A stretch of 64,000 nucleotides of DNA, taken from assembly GCF_963921235.1 (NCBI RefSeq), contig NC_086108.1, positions 13,454,001 through 13,518,000 of the forward strand. The letters are read 5' to 3'. The stretch is from Mobula hypostoma. Its lineage: Eukaryota. Positions 53,001 through 64,000 of the stretch are shown here, piece after piece (position 1 is the first letter of the stretch; every line of letters starts with the position of its first letter). Below the pieces are notes generated by a model. That model saw only the letters and a program-made list of their open reading frames with translations. It did not search any database and was not told the DNA's origin. Made by a program: the position numbers and the translations under genes.

Positions 53001-54565
53001 CAGAAGTGAGTGTCATTGCTATTACTAAGGACAAGGTGCATGGGAAACTTAAAAGTCTGAATGTAGATAAGTAAACTGAATCAGATGGACTACACCAGCG
53101 GGAGCTGAAGATATTAAGCAGACATTAGTAATGATCTTACAAGAATCACTACATTCTTCAATGCTTCCTGGGGACTGGAAAATTACAAATGTCATTCCAC
53201 TCTCTAAGAAGGCAGCGACGGAGAAAGAAGAAAATTATAAGCCAGTTAGTGGTTGGAAAAATGTTGGAGTCTATTATTAGTGATAAGGTTTTGGGATACT
53301 TGGAGGCACGTGATAAAATAGGCCAAAGTCAGCATGGTTTTCCAAAAGAGTAATCTTGCTTGACAAATCTGTTGGAATTATTTGAGGAAATCACAGGCAG
53401 GAAAGACAAAGGAGAATTGGTAGATGGTATTTATTTGAATGTGCCGAAAGTGTTTGACAACGTGCCACACATGAGGCTGCTAAATAAGACAAGAGCCAAT
53501 GGTATTACAGGGATGATACTAAGCTGGATAGAAAATTGGCTGACTTGCAGGAAGCAAAGAGTGGGAGTAAAGGGGGTCTTTTCTGGCTGGCTGCCAGTAA
53601 CCAGTAGTGTGCCCCGGGACTGGTGTTGGGACCATTTCTTTTCATCCATGTCAACGATGGATTTGCGGCCAAGTTTGCAGACAATATGACAATAGGTGGA
53701 ATGGCAGGCAGTGTTGAGGAAGGATGGTGGCTGCTGAAGGATCTAGACAAATTGGGGGAATGGGCAAAGAAGTGACAGATGAAATGTAATGTAGTGAAGT
53801 GTATGGTCATGCACTTCAGCAGAATGAATAAAGGTGTGGACTATTTTGTAAACTGGAAGAAAATTTAAAAATCAGAGGTGCAGAAGGACTGGGGGAGTCC
53901 TCCTGCAAGATTCCCTAAAGGTTAATTTGCAGGTTGAATTGGTAAGGAAGGCAATTGCAATGTTAGCATTCATTTTGAGAAGAATAGAATACAAAAGCAA
54001 GGACATAATACTGAGGCATTGGTCAGACCACACTTGGAGTATTGTGATCAGTTTTGGGCCCCTTATCTGCCAAAGTATATGCTGGCATTGGAAAGAGTCC
54101 AGAGGAGGATCATAAGAATGATCCCAGGAATGAAAGGGTTAACATATGAGAAGTGTTTGGTGAGTCTGGGCCTGTACTCACTGGAGTTTGGAAGAACGAC
54201 AGGGAATTTCGTTGAAAACTATGGAATACTGAAAGGTCTGGAGAGAGAGGATGTGTACAGGATGTTAATGGGAGAGTCTAGGACCAGAGGGCAGAACCTC
54301 AGGGACATTCATTTAGAACAGAGATGATGAAAAATTTCTTTAGCCAGAGTGGTGAATCTGTGGAATCCTTTCCCACAGATGGCTGTTCAGACCATATCAT
54401 TGGGTATATTTAAGGTGGAGGTTGATAGGTTCTTGATTAATCAGGGCATTAAAGGTTATGGGAAGAAAGCCAGAGAATGGGATTGAGAAATCAGCCATAA
54501 TGGAATGGCGGGGCAGACTCAATGGGTTGAATGGCCTAATTTTGCTCCTATGTTTTTGGTCTTAT
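47020..54565 (+). mobile_element. Old full-length CR1 (5' UTR, ORF1, ORF2, tail) split by a younger CR1 at 47821-51146
   Basis: ORF1 N-terminus with Cys pairs and coiled coil (NYICTKC...VRELELQLDDL). The GDS-type esterase motif is broken at 47820 and resumes at 51147. Decayed EN/RT runs to 54330; tail at ~54560. Confidence 0.88.
47821..51146 (-). mobile_element. Young CR1 (end of ORF1 + complete ORF2 in 4-5 pieces)
   Basis: ORFs 49912-50664 (EN), 49060-49908, 48240-49112 (RT) and 47916-48236; (CTTATGGT)n tail at 47821-47840. Confidence 0.96.
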
Positions 54566-54567
54566 AC

Positions 54568-56260
54568 TCTATACTTCATTGTCACCAAACAATTGATACT
54601 GGAACATACAATCATCACAGCGATATTTGATTCTGCGCTTCCCGCTCACTGGATTACAAATATTAAATATTAAAAATAGTAAAAATTAGTAAATATTGAA
54701 CATTTAAATCAGAAATCATAAATAGAAAATAGAAAAATGGAAAGTAAGGTAGTTCAAAAAAACCGAGAGGCAGGTCCAGATCCGGGTCAGGATCCCTTCA
54801 GCAGTCTTATCACAGTTGGAAAGAAGCTGTTCCCAAATCTGGCCGTACGAGTCTTGAAGCTCCTGAGCCTTCTCCTGGAGGGAAGAGCGACAAAAAGTGT
54901 GTTGGCTGGGTGGGTCATGTCCTTGGTTATCCTGGCAGCACTGCTCCAACAGCGTGCGGTGTAAGGTGAGTCCAAGGACAGAAGATTGGTTTCTGTGATG
55001 TGCTGCGCCGTGTTCACGATCTTCTGCAGCTTTTTTCAGTCTTGGACAGGGCAACTTCCATACCAGGTTGTGATGCATCCTAGAAGAATGCTTTCTATGG
55101 TGCATCCATATAGGGGACAGGCCAAATTTCTTTAGTTTTCTCAGGAAGTAAAGGCGCTGGTGGGCCTTCTTGGCAGTGGACTCTGCTTGGCTGGACCAAG
55201 TCAGGTCATTTGTGATATTGACCCCAAGGAACTTAAAGCTTTGACCTGTTCCACTTGCGCACCACCAATGTAAATTAGGTCGTGCGGTCCGCTACTCCTT
55301 CTGAAGTCAACAACCAATTCCTTTTCTTGCTGATGTTGAGGGATAGGTTATTGTCTTTGTACCATGCCACCAGGTTCTTAATTTCCTCTCTGTACTCAAA
55401 CTCATCATTACCCAAGATATGGCCTACAATTTTTGTGTCATCAGCAAACTTATATAGTGAGTTTGAAGGAAACTTGGCTACACAATCATGGGTGTACAGT
55501 GAGTACAGCAGGGGGCTGAGTACACAGCCTTGTGGGGCACCGGTGCTCAGAGTGATTGTAGAGGAGAGCTTGTCCCCTGTTTTTACAGCCTGGGTCCTGT
55601 CTGTGAGGAAGTTGAAGATCCAGCTGCAGATCTGAGTGCAAAGGCCCAGGTTCCGGAGCTTAGGAATCAGTTTATTTGGAATGATGGTATTAAAGGCAGA
55701 GCTGTAGCCAATGAAAAGGAGTCTTACATATGTGTCTTTATTCTCCAGGTATTCTAAGGAGGAATGTAGGGCCAGAGAGATGGCATCTGCCGTTGACCTT
55801 TTGTTCCAGTAGGCAAATTGCAAAGCATCGAGGTTGACCGGTAGGCTGTGGTTGATGTGTGCCATAACCAATCTCTCGATGCACTTCATAGCAATTGATG
55901 TCAGAGCCACAGGTCGATAGTCATTCAGGCATGCCACCTTGCTCTTCTTCGGCACCAGGATTATCGTTGCCTTCTTAAAACACGAGGGGATCTTAGACTG
56001 AAGCAAGGAGCAGCTGAAGATGTCAGCAAACACTCCAACTAGCTCGCTTGCACAGGCCGGAGAACCCGTCCTCTGGGCCATCTGGGCCTGTCGCCTTCCT
56101 TGGATTTATCTTCTGGAAGGCCCTTCTAACGTCCTCCTCGGTGACGACGAATCTCGATGCCACCAGGTCCGGTTCATCTGGAGGAAGCGGGACGCTCCTC
56201 TTCCGTTCGAATCTTGCGTAGAATACGTTAAGTACGTCAGGAAGAGAAGCGCAGCAATAC
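54568..56260 (-). mobile_element. Rex1/Babar-clade LINE, RT region
   Basis: [64 protein letters not shown] (55275-56081). Confidence 0.92.
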
Positions 56261-56689
56261 TGTCAGATGGGAAGTTGTGGTCTGTTGTTGGAGAGGCAGA
56301 ACTGAAGAAAAGTACAAAGAGAAGAGGTTGATGGAGCAGGTTTTACTGGAGGCATACTGCAACATCAGTACTGAGGGAGCAATGAATTGTCAAAGGAGCA
56401 AGGCTAAAGGGGTGCTGCACTGTAACCATTCTAAGTTCTACCCGAACATATCACCTGCCCCTCTTCCAGGGTTACATCTGTTGCCTGGGTCCCTGGAGAA
56501 GGACCACATGTTACAATAGGAGTTTTCCACCACCATTGGGCATTACAGGAGCTCCAGTGTGTTCGGGATAGAAAGGATTGTTATATTTCAAACTGTAAGT
56601 CGTGTGAAACGTGGAATTCTGTAATACTGAAACAATGGAATGCCGTACTCACTGAGCAAACCTTCCTTGGAAAAGTAAAATCACGCGAC

Positions 56690-57905
56690 ATAAGCGACAA
56701 CAAGGTTTCACGTCCAGATGAGCTCAATGCCTTCTCTGCTCAAGATGTCCGTCAAAATGTGGAGGAACCATCACAGCCCCCAGTGACCTTGTAATTTCAG
56801 TCTATGAGACCAACGTGCAAGCAGCCTTCAGGGCCGTGAACCATCACCCAGCATCAACATGAAAATCATCCGGCCCAGATGGGGTATCTGGCCAAATACT
56901 AAAGACTTGTCCTTACCAACTGGCTGGAATGTTCACTGCATTCTTTAATGTCTCACTTGAGCAGTCTGAAGTGTCCACCTGATTCAAGCAGGCTTCAGTT
57001 CTACTGGTGTCTAAGAAGAACGTGGCTGAGAGGTGCCATAACAACCTCTTGCTCAATGTCAGCAAGACCAAGCAGCTGATTATTGACTTCAGGAGGAGGA
57101 AACCAGAGGTCCATGAGCCAGTCCTTATCAGAGGATCAGGGGTGAAAGGGTGAGCTAATTTATATTCCTTGGTGTTATTATTTAGGAGGATCTGTCCTGG
57201 GCCCAGCACGCAAGTACAGTTATGAAGAAAGCACAACACCACCTCTACTTCCTTAGGAGTTTGCAAAAGTCTATAGATGTGTAGCAGAGATTGTATTGAT
57301 TGGCTGCATTGCAGCTTGATATGGAAATATCAATGCCTTTGAATGGAAAATCTTAAAAAAATGTAGTGGATATGGCCTAGTCCAAAATGGGCAAAGTACT
57401 CCCCACCATTGATCACATCTACACGAAGCGTTGTTGCAGGAAAGCAGCTTCCACCAACAGGGAGACCCCCATCACCCAGGGCATGCTCCCTTCTTGCTGC
57501 TGCCATCAGGAAGTTGGTACAGGAGCCTCAAGACTCACACCATCAGGTTCAGGAACAGTTATTACCCCCTTAACCTTCAGGCTCTTGAACCAAAGAGGAT
57601 AACTTCCCTGCCTCATCATTAAAGTGTTTGCACAACCCTTGAACTTATTTTCAAGGACTCTTCATCTTTTGTTCTCAATATTTACTGCTGATTTATTTAT
57701 TATTATTATTTTCTTCTTTTTGAATTTGCACAGTTTGTTGTCTTCTGCGCACTGGTTGAATGCCCGAGTTGCTGTGGTGTTTCATTGATTCAATTATGGC
57801 TATTATTCCATTATGGATTTATCGAGTATGCCCAAAAGAAAATCTTGATGTTGTATATGATGACATCTATATACTTTGATAACACATTTTTAAGTTCAAA
57901 GTTCA
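56690..57905 (+). mobile_element. Internally deleted Rex1/Babar LINE
   Basis: Homologous to 26700-28922 and 34065-34970. Confidence 0.78.
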
Positions 57906-58163
57906 AAGCAAATTCTGGCCAGTTATTGACAGAGCACTGCTCTCTCTCAAGTTCAATACTGAATAGCTGAAGCTCTGTCTGAGAAGCAGTAGCTATTGCC
58001 AGACAGTAAAATGGAGAGATCTATTTAGTTGGAATGGGAAGAATTAAGAAATAATGGAACATCAAAAGCAGAAAGAAGAAAGATTTATGCAGTGCCTTGC
58101 AAGCTGCAAAACATTCCAAGACCTTCATTGGAGCATTGTCAAACATGCTCCAATGATCTAAAG

Positions 58164-58243
58164 CAGGGGTTCCAAACGTTTTGGATGCCATAGACCCCAA
58201 CCATGAACTGAGGGGTCCATGGACCCCAGGGTGGGAACCCCTA
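58164..58243. mobile_element. 80-bp hAT-type MITE
   Basis: TIRs CAGGGGTTCCAAAC / GGTGGGAACCCCTA; 8-bp TSD ATCTAAAG / ATCCAAAG. Confidence 0.82.
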
Positions 58244-58741
58244 ATCCAAAGAGATGTTGGTTTAGATAAGAAAACCTTGGTCCAAGAGTTATGCGTTATC
58301 TTAAAAAGTAGAGAGGGGTAAAGACTGGGACAGAACACAGAGCCACCAATGGGAACAGAGGGGAAGACAGGTAGGTAAGTGTGGGTGATGCTGAACAGTG
58401 AGACTCTATGGGAGAAAAGATGTGTGGATGATGTAAATGTGAAATTAAACAAGTGTTTGAAATAGTCACCTGGACTGACAAACAGAGTTAGTTTTTCAGG
58501 TTGAAGATCTTTCATCAGAACTGGGAGAGAGGCTCTAAGACGCAGAGAAGGGACAGAGCTCTAAAGCCAAAGAAATTATCTGTGATAGACAGGGACCAAG
58601 AGAAAATAGGTCTGTTGAGACAGGGTGGTGAAGGCTCATTAATAGCAGCTAATCTGACTGGAGAAAGTGTAGTCATAGAGCCAAGAAGGTGACCACTCTG
58701 TGCCTATCTGCACGTCTCATATATCTAACACTTGGTCCATA

Positions 58742-59223
58742 GGAGAAGATGGCGGCGTGACACAGCTTTGCTTATTGCCTGTTGCCAGGGCCGGGGTCGA
58801 AGCGCTCGGCAGAGATGGTGCTCGGTGCTCGGTGTCGGAGAGCTGGTCGAAGGCTCGAAGTTTTCGGACGGACTCGGAGTTGGACTGTGGTCAGGTGCTT
58901 CCAGGGTGCTGCATCGGCAAGTTTGCGGCGCTGGAAGCTCATGGCAGGAAGAGTTTTCTTCCTTCAACCATCTGCGTGAGATGATGGGACTTTCGAGAGA
59001 CTTTGAGACTTTTTACCGTGCCCATGGTCTGTTCCTCTATCAAATTACGGTATTGCTTGCACTGTTGTAACTATATGTTATGATTATGTGGTTTTTGTCA
59101 GTTTTTTTAGTCTTGGTTTGTCTTGTGTTTCTGTGATATCACACCGGAGGAATATTGTATCATTTCTTAATGCATGCATTACTAAATGACAATAAAAGAG
59201 GACTGCATGTCCTCATAAACTAA
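58742..59223 (+). repeat. Family A non-coding repeat, copy 2
   Basis: AAGATGGCGGC head; 3' half nearly identical to 16010-16260. Confidence 0.85.
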
Positions 59224-59328
59224 TAACATTCTCTGCCTTGGGGATCAAGAAACTTCTAAAATGATGTGACTCCCTGCCTCCGCCATCACCCTGGATAGTG
59301 TGTTCCAGATTTCAACCATCCCTTAGAT

Positions 59329-59408
59329 CAGGAGTTCACAATCTTTTTAACGTCATGGCCTCTTACCATTAACAGAGGGGTCTGTGGACCCCAGCTTGGG
59401 GACCCCTG
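59329..59408. mobile_element. 80-bp hAT-type MITE, copy 2
   Basis: CAGGAGTTCACAA...TTGGGGACCCCTG; TSD CCTTAGAT / CCCTATAT; same length and interior as 58164-58243. Confidence 0.78.
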
Positions 59409-59729
59409 CCCTATATGAATGACTTTTTCCACACATCTCCTCGAACCCCCTTACCTTAAGCCTAGACTCTCTTAAACCCATATCCGGAGCAAATAACCCA
59501 AGTTTATCCAACCTCACCTTATATCATATGTCCTCCAATCCAAACAAGATCCTGGTAAATTTCGTCTGCAACCTCTCCAAAACCTTCACATCTTTGCTAA
59601 AATGAAGTGACCAGAATTGAATGCTATACTCCAGATGCATTTATAGTTTCATAAAGCAATAACGTCTCTTTCTGCCTCTTGAACCCTTTGCCTTGAGCAA
59701 TAAAGGCAAACATGCCTTGCTCAAAGAGT

Positions 59730-60565
59730 AATGCCAGGTGTCATTTAATCTGGACAAGTGTGATATATTGCATTTTGAGAGGTCAAATGTAAGAAGAATG
59801 TAAACAGTAAATGGCAGAACCCTTAAGAGCATTGGTGTAGAGAGGGATCTTGAGGTGCAAATCCAGAGTTCCTTAAAGTTGCATTACAAGTAGATGGGTG
59901 GTAAAGAAGATATACAGAACCCTTCTCTATTGGTCAGTGCCTTCGAGTATACATTTGAAATATCGTGCATTGCAGTGATGATGTGGAGTCTTTGGAGAGA
60001 GGCAGTAAACATTAACCATGGTGTTGCCTAGATTGGAGAGTATAAGCCATATACGGAGGTTGAACAAACTTGGAGCGTTGGAAGCTGAAGGGTGACCTAA
60101 TAGAAGTATATAAAACTATGAGAGGCATAGATAGAGTAGACAGTCATGGTCTTTTTCACAAGAATGGAAATGTCAAATAGTAGAGGGCATCTGTGGGAGG
60201 GGAAAAATTTACAGGTGATTTGCAGTATGTGGCAAGTTTGTTTTACGCAGAGAGTTTAAAGGCGATTTGCTCTATGTGGCAAGTTTGCTTTACACAGAGA
60301 GTTTACAGGCGATTTGCAGTATGTGGCAAGTTTGCTTTACACAGAAAGTTTACAGGCGATTTACAGTATGTGGCAAGTTTGCTTTCCACAGGGTGTGGTG
60401 CCTGGAACCCATTGTCCCACATAGATATGATAGCAACATTTAAGAGGAATTTAGACAGACATATAGACAGGTGGTGAATGGAAGGATTATAGTCTGTGTG
60501 CAGGTAGATAGCGTCATGGTCAGCACCGATACGGTGGGCCGAAGCTCCTGTGCTGTTCTATGTTC
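59730..60565 (+). mobile_element. Old CR1 3' fragment containing a 47-bp tandem repeat (60208-60390)
   Basis: CR1 C-terminal motifs; repeat units start at 60208, 60255, 60302 and 60349. Confidence 0.82.
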
Positions 60566-61104
60566 AATGACCAGTGACAGCACAGAAGCTGAAGTGCTTT
60601 CTGAACAGTAAAGATCACATTTCAATCCAATATTATTGTAATCTTTGTAAAATTGTTTTAAAACTGTAGGAGCTCCTGAGTGGAGGATCATAGATTAAGC
60701 CCTCCTGCCATTGTGTACAAACAGCAATACTTGTTATAATGTTGATGGGAATGTTCTGTTTAAATATATTTACTTTTTTTTAATCAATAAACTACAATCT
60801 GAAATAGAAAACAAAACTACAGCTAACCCACATATAAATGGGATAAAAGTTAATCTCCATACAGATTGGAAAACATATTTTGAATCTCTTCAGTGCAATC
60901 ACATCCTTTCAGAACTGTTATGGCCAGAACTAAACACAGTACTCAAAGTCAAAGTCTAGTTGATTGTCTTATGTACAAGTACCCATCTGCATAGTTACAA
61001 TGAAAAAAATACTTGCATCAGAGACACATAGCATTATATAAACAGCATTCTGAGATAAACATAAGTTAAACATATTTTTTGTAAGAAAGAGCATAACATA
61101 AATT

Positions 61105-61546
61105 GAGAAGAAGATGGCGGTGTGACGCAGCGTGCAGCAGCCACTTCAGTGTGAATATCTGTTATCTGTCAAGTAGGGTGCCGTGCACAATCCTGATTTG
61201 ATGGAGATAGACGTGAGAGAACGGAGGAACATCTGGTGAAACTTCTGAAATGCCTGCTTCACTGACGCTGCTACTGTGTGATCCAGAATCTCCAGAGGGG
61301 AAGGCCCAGAGTCCTCGGCGGGCTGGTCGGAGGCTCGAAGTTTTCAGACGGACTCAGAGTCGGCTGCGGTCGGGTGCTTCCAATGGTGCTGCATCAGCAA
61401 GTTTGCAGCGCTTGGAGGTTCATGGCAGGGACAGTTTCTCCCTTCTACTGTCTGCGTGAGATGCTGAGGCTATCGGAACTTTGAGACTTTTTTTTTACAG
61501 TATTGCTTTGCACTGTTGTAACTATATGTTATAATTATGTGGTTTT
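61105..61546 (+). repeat. Family A non-coding repeat, copy 3 (3' end truncated at a CR1)
   Basis: AAGATGGCGG head; homologous to 15645-16130. Confidence 0.82.
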
Positions 61547-62497
61547 AGAAACATAGAAAATAGGTGCAGGAGTAGGCCATTCAGCCCTTTGAGCCTGCAC
61601 CGCCATTTATTATGATCATGGCTGATCATCCAACTCAGAACCCCGCCCCAGCCTTCCCTCCACACCCCCCGACCCCCATAGCCACAAGGGCCATATCTAA
61701 CTCCCTCTTAAATATAGCCAATGAACTGGCCTCAACTGTTTCCTGTGGCAGAGAATTCCACAGATTCACCACTCTCTGTGTGAAGAAGTTTTTCCTCATC
61801 TCGGTCCTAAAAGGCTTCCGCTCTATCCTCAAACCGTGGCCCCTCGTTCTGGATTTCCCCAACATCGGGAACAATCTTCCTGCATCTAGCCTGTCCAATC
61901 CCTTTAGGATCTTATACGTTTCAATCAGATCCCCCCTCAATCTTCTAAATTCCAACAAGTACAAGCCCAGTTCATCCAGTCTTTCTTCATATGAAAGTCC
62001 TGCCATCCCAGGAATCAATCTGGTGAACCTTCTTTGTACTCCCTCTAAGGCAAGGATGTCTTTCCTCAGATTAGGGGACCAAAACTGCACACAATACTCC
62101 AGGTGTGGTCTCACCAAGGCCTTGTACAACTGCAGTAGTACCTCCCTGCTCCTGTACTCGAATCCTCTCGCTATAAATGCCAGCATACCATTCGCCTTTT
62201 TCACCGCCTGCTGTACCTGCATGCCCACTTTTAATGACTGGTGTATAATGACACCCAGGTCTCATTGCACCTCCCCTTTTCCTAATCGGCCACCATTCAG
62301 ATAATAATCTGTTTTCCCATTTTTGCCACCAAAGTGGATAACTTCACATTATCCACATTAAATTGCATCTGCCATGAATTTGCCCACTCGCCCAACCTAT
62401 CCAAGTCACCCTGCATCCTCTTAGCATCCTCCTCACAGCTAACACTGCCACCCAGCTTCGTGTCATCCGCAAACTTGGAGATGCTGCATTTAATTCA
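61547..62497 (-). mobile_element. Young CR1 3' fragment
   Basis: 197-aa intact C-terminal ORF2 (61635-62228); KFADDT near 62470; tail. Confidence 0.95.
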
Positions 62498-62829
62498 ATG
62501 ATTTCCTTCCACTAGTCATGAATGTTTCATTAAAAGGCCAGACTCGAGTGAAGTACAGGGGATGACAAACTTGAAGAACCCACAAAATGAGGGACACTAG
62601 TCACTTTTGAAATAGCCTGAACATGAACTGACCATCAAGCTGGTGACAAGAAACTAACCGGGTGCTAACTGCAGTGAAAGCACTGATGATGGCTATGAGC
62701 TCAACCTCTGAGTGTGGAGAAACACAATTCTGCCTGCATTTTGCAGACACCACTGCCAAACATTGAGCAGCAACCTGTTAGCTTTAAAGAGATACTCCAC
62801 ACTCACAGGACATGAGGTACAACAATGTA

Positions 62830-63698
62830 ACACAATGTCCATATCCCTCCCTTTTCCTCACAGTCACATGTCTATCCAAATGTCCCTTAAAAGTCCCTAA
62901 TGTTTCCGCATCTACCACCAACACAGGCAGCGCATTCCAGGCACCCAACACACTCTGCATTAGAAAAAACTTGCTCTTCGTGTCTCCTTTGAAATTACCA
63001 CCTCTCACCTTCAATGCATGCTCTCTGGTATTAGCTATTTCAAGCCTTGGAAAACGTATTGTTTGCCTACTCCATTGATGCCTCTCATAACCTTACGAAC
63101 CTCAATCAGATCTCCCCTTAGCCTCTGCCGCTCCAGAGAAAATAACCCAAGTTTGTCCAATCGCTCATTATACCACATGCCCTTTAATCCAGGCAACATC
63201 CTGGTAAACCTTTTCTGCACACCCTCCAAAGCCTCGACATCCTTCCTATAATGGACCAACACTCCAGAAGTGGCCATACTAGAGTTTTATAAAGCTAACT
63301 TCCTGACTAGTAAAGGCAAGCATGCCATCTGCCTTCCTGACCACCCTGTCCACCTTTGCAGCCACTCTCAGGGAGCTAAGAACTTGGACCTCAAGATCCC
63401 TCTGCTCATCAACACTATTAGGAGTCTGAACAATGTACTGTCTCTTCACATTTGACCTACCAAGATGCAACACTACAGATTTGGCTGTGTTAAACTACAT
63501 CTGCCATTTCACTGCCATTAACTGCAACTGTGTCTTTATCACATTGTATCCTTTGCCAGTCTTCTACACAATCTACAACACCAGCAATCTTCATATCATC
63601 TGCAAATTTACTAATCCAAGCATCTACATTTTAAACCAGGTTATATATACACAACACAAACAACAGAGGTGCCAGTACAGGTCCCTGCGGACCACTAA
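62830..63698 (-). mobile_element. CR1 3' fragment
   Basis: ORFs 62784-63014, 63035-63277 and 63279-63473. Confidence 0.87.
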
Positions 63699-64000
63699 CG
63701 CCATTCTCTCTAAGTTGCATGGGTATGCGGCCGCGCAGTAACTGAAATGCTTCTGTGCACATAGCCTTCGTTGCCACACAGCTGGAATTTTCTTTGATAT
63801 AACGTTAATGTAATTTTGAAATCTCTGTTAATATAGTTGTGAAATACTCTGTAATTACATATTAATTAATATAATCCATGAGTTTTCTAAATAATAAACA
63901 TACCACAACCTTTACTTTGAAACATTTTGGAGCTTCAATGTATTTACATTATCAGTGTTTCAAATTACAACACTTACAAGTTGTAACAATAAACACAGAA

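Noticed and set aside
61612..62304. 230-aa plus-strand ORF
   Set aside because: Antisense shadow of CR1 ORF2.
63700..64000. Possible DNA-transposon end containing a NotI site
   Set aside because: Cut off by the window edge; no second TIR or TSD to confirm it.

Overview
Repeat-dense vertebrate genomic DNA. The CR1, V-SINE, Rex-Babar and Penelope-type repeats suggest a cartilaginous fish, probably a ray (inference). The only host protein-coding sequence I can support is the 5' part of a tenascin-R-like gene on the minus strand: a first coding exon (CDS 12923-12458: signal peptide and tenascin assembly domain) and a 477-nt exon (1785-1309) with 4.5 EGF-like repeats. The gene continues past position 1. 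Most of the rest is probably its 5' introns or upstream region. It holds many nested CR1 LINEs of different ages, Rex1/Babar LINEs, one AT-rich R4/Dong-like LINE relic, two related solo LTRs, tRNA-derived SINEs, 80-bp hAT MITEs, non-coding YY1-headed repeats, minisatellites and microsatellites. Most notable: (1) the tenascin is divergent, lacks the Cys-Cys pair after the heptads and has many N-glycosylation sequons; (2) a 390-nt AG-free pyrimidine tract precedes the in-frame-skippable EGF exon; (3) the R4/Dong-like relic is compositionally distinct; (4) there are candidate 5'-UTR exons and a locally templated insertion. I found no prokaryotic-type system such as CRISPR. Repeat boundaries are approximate unless junctions are quoted.
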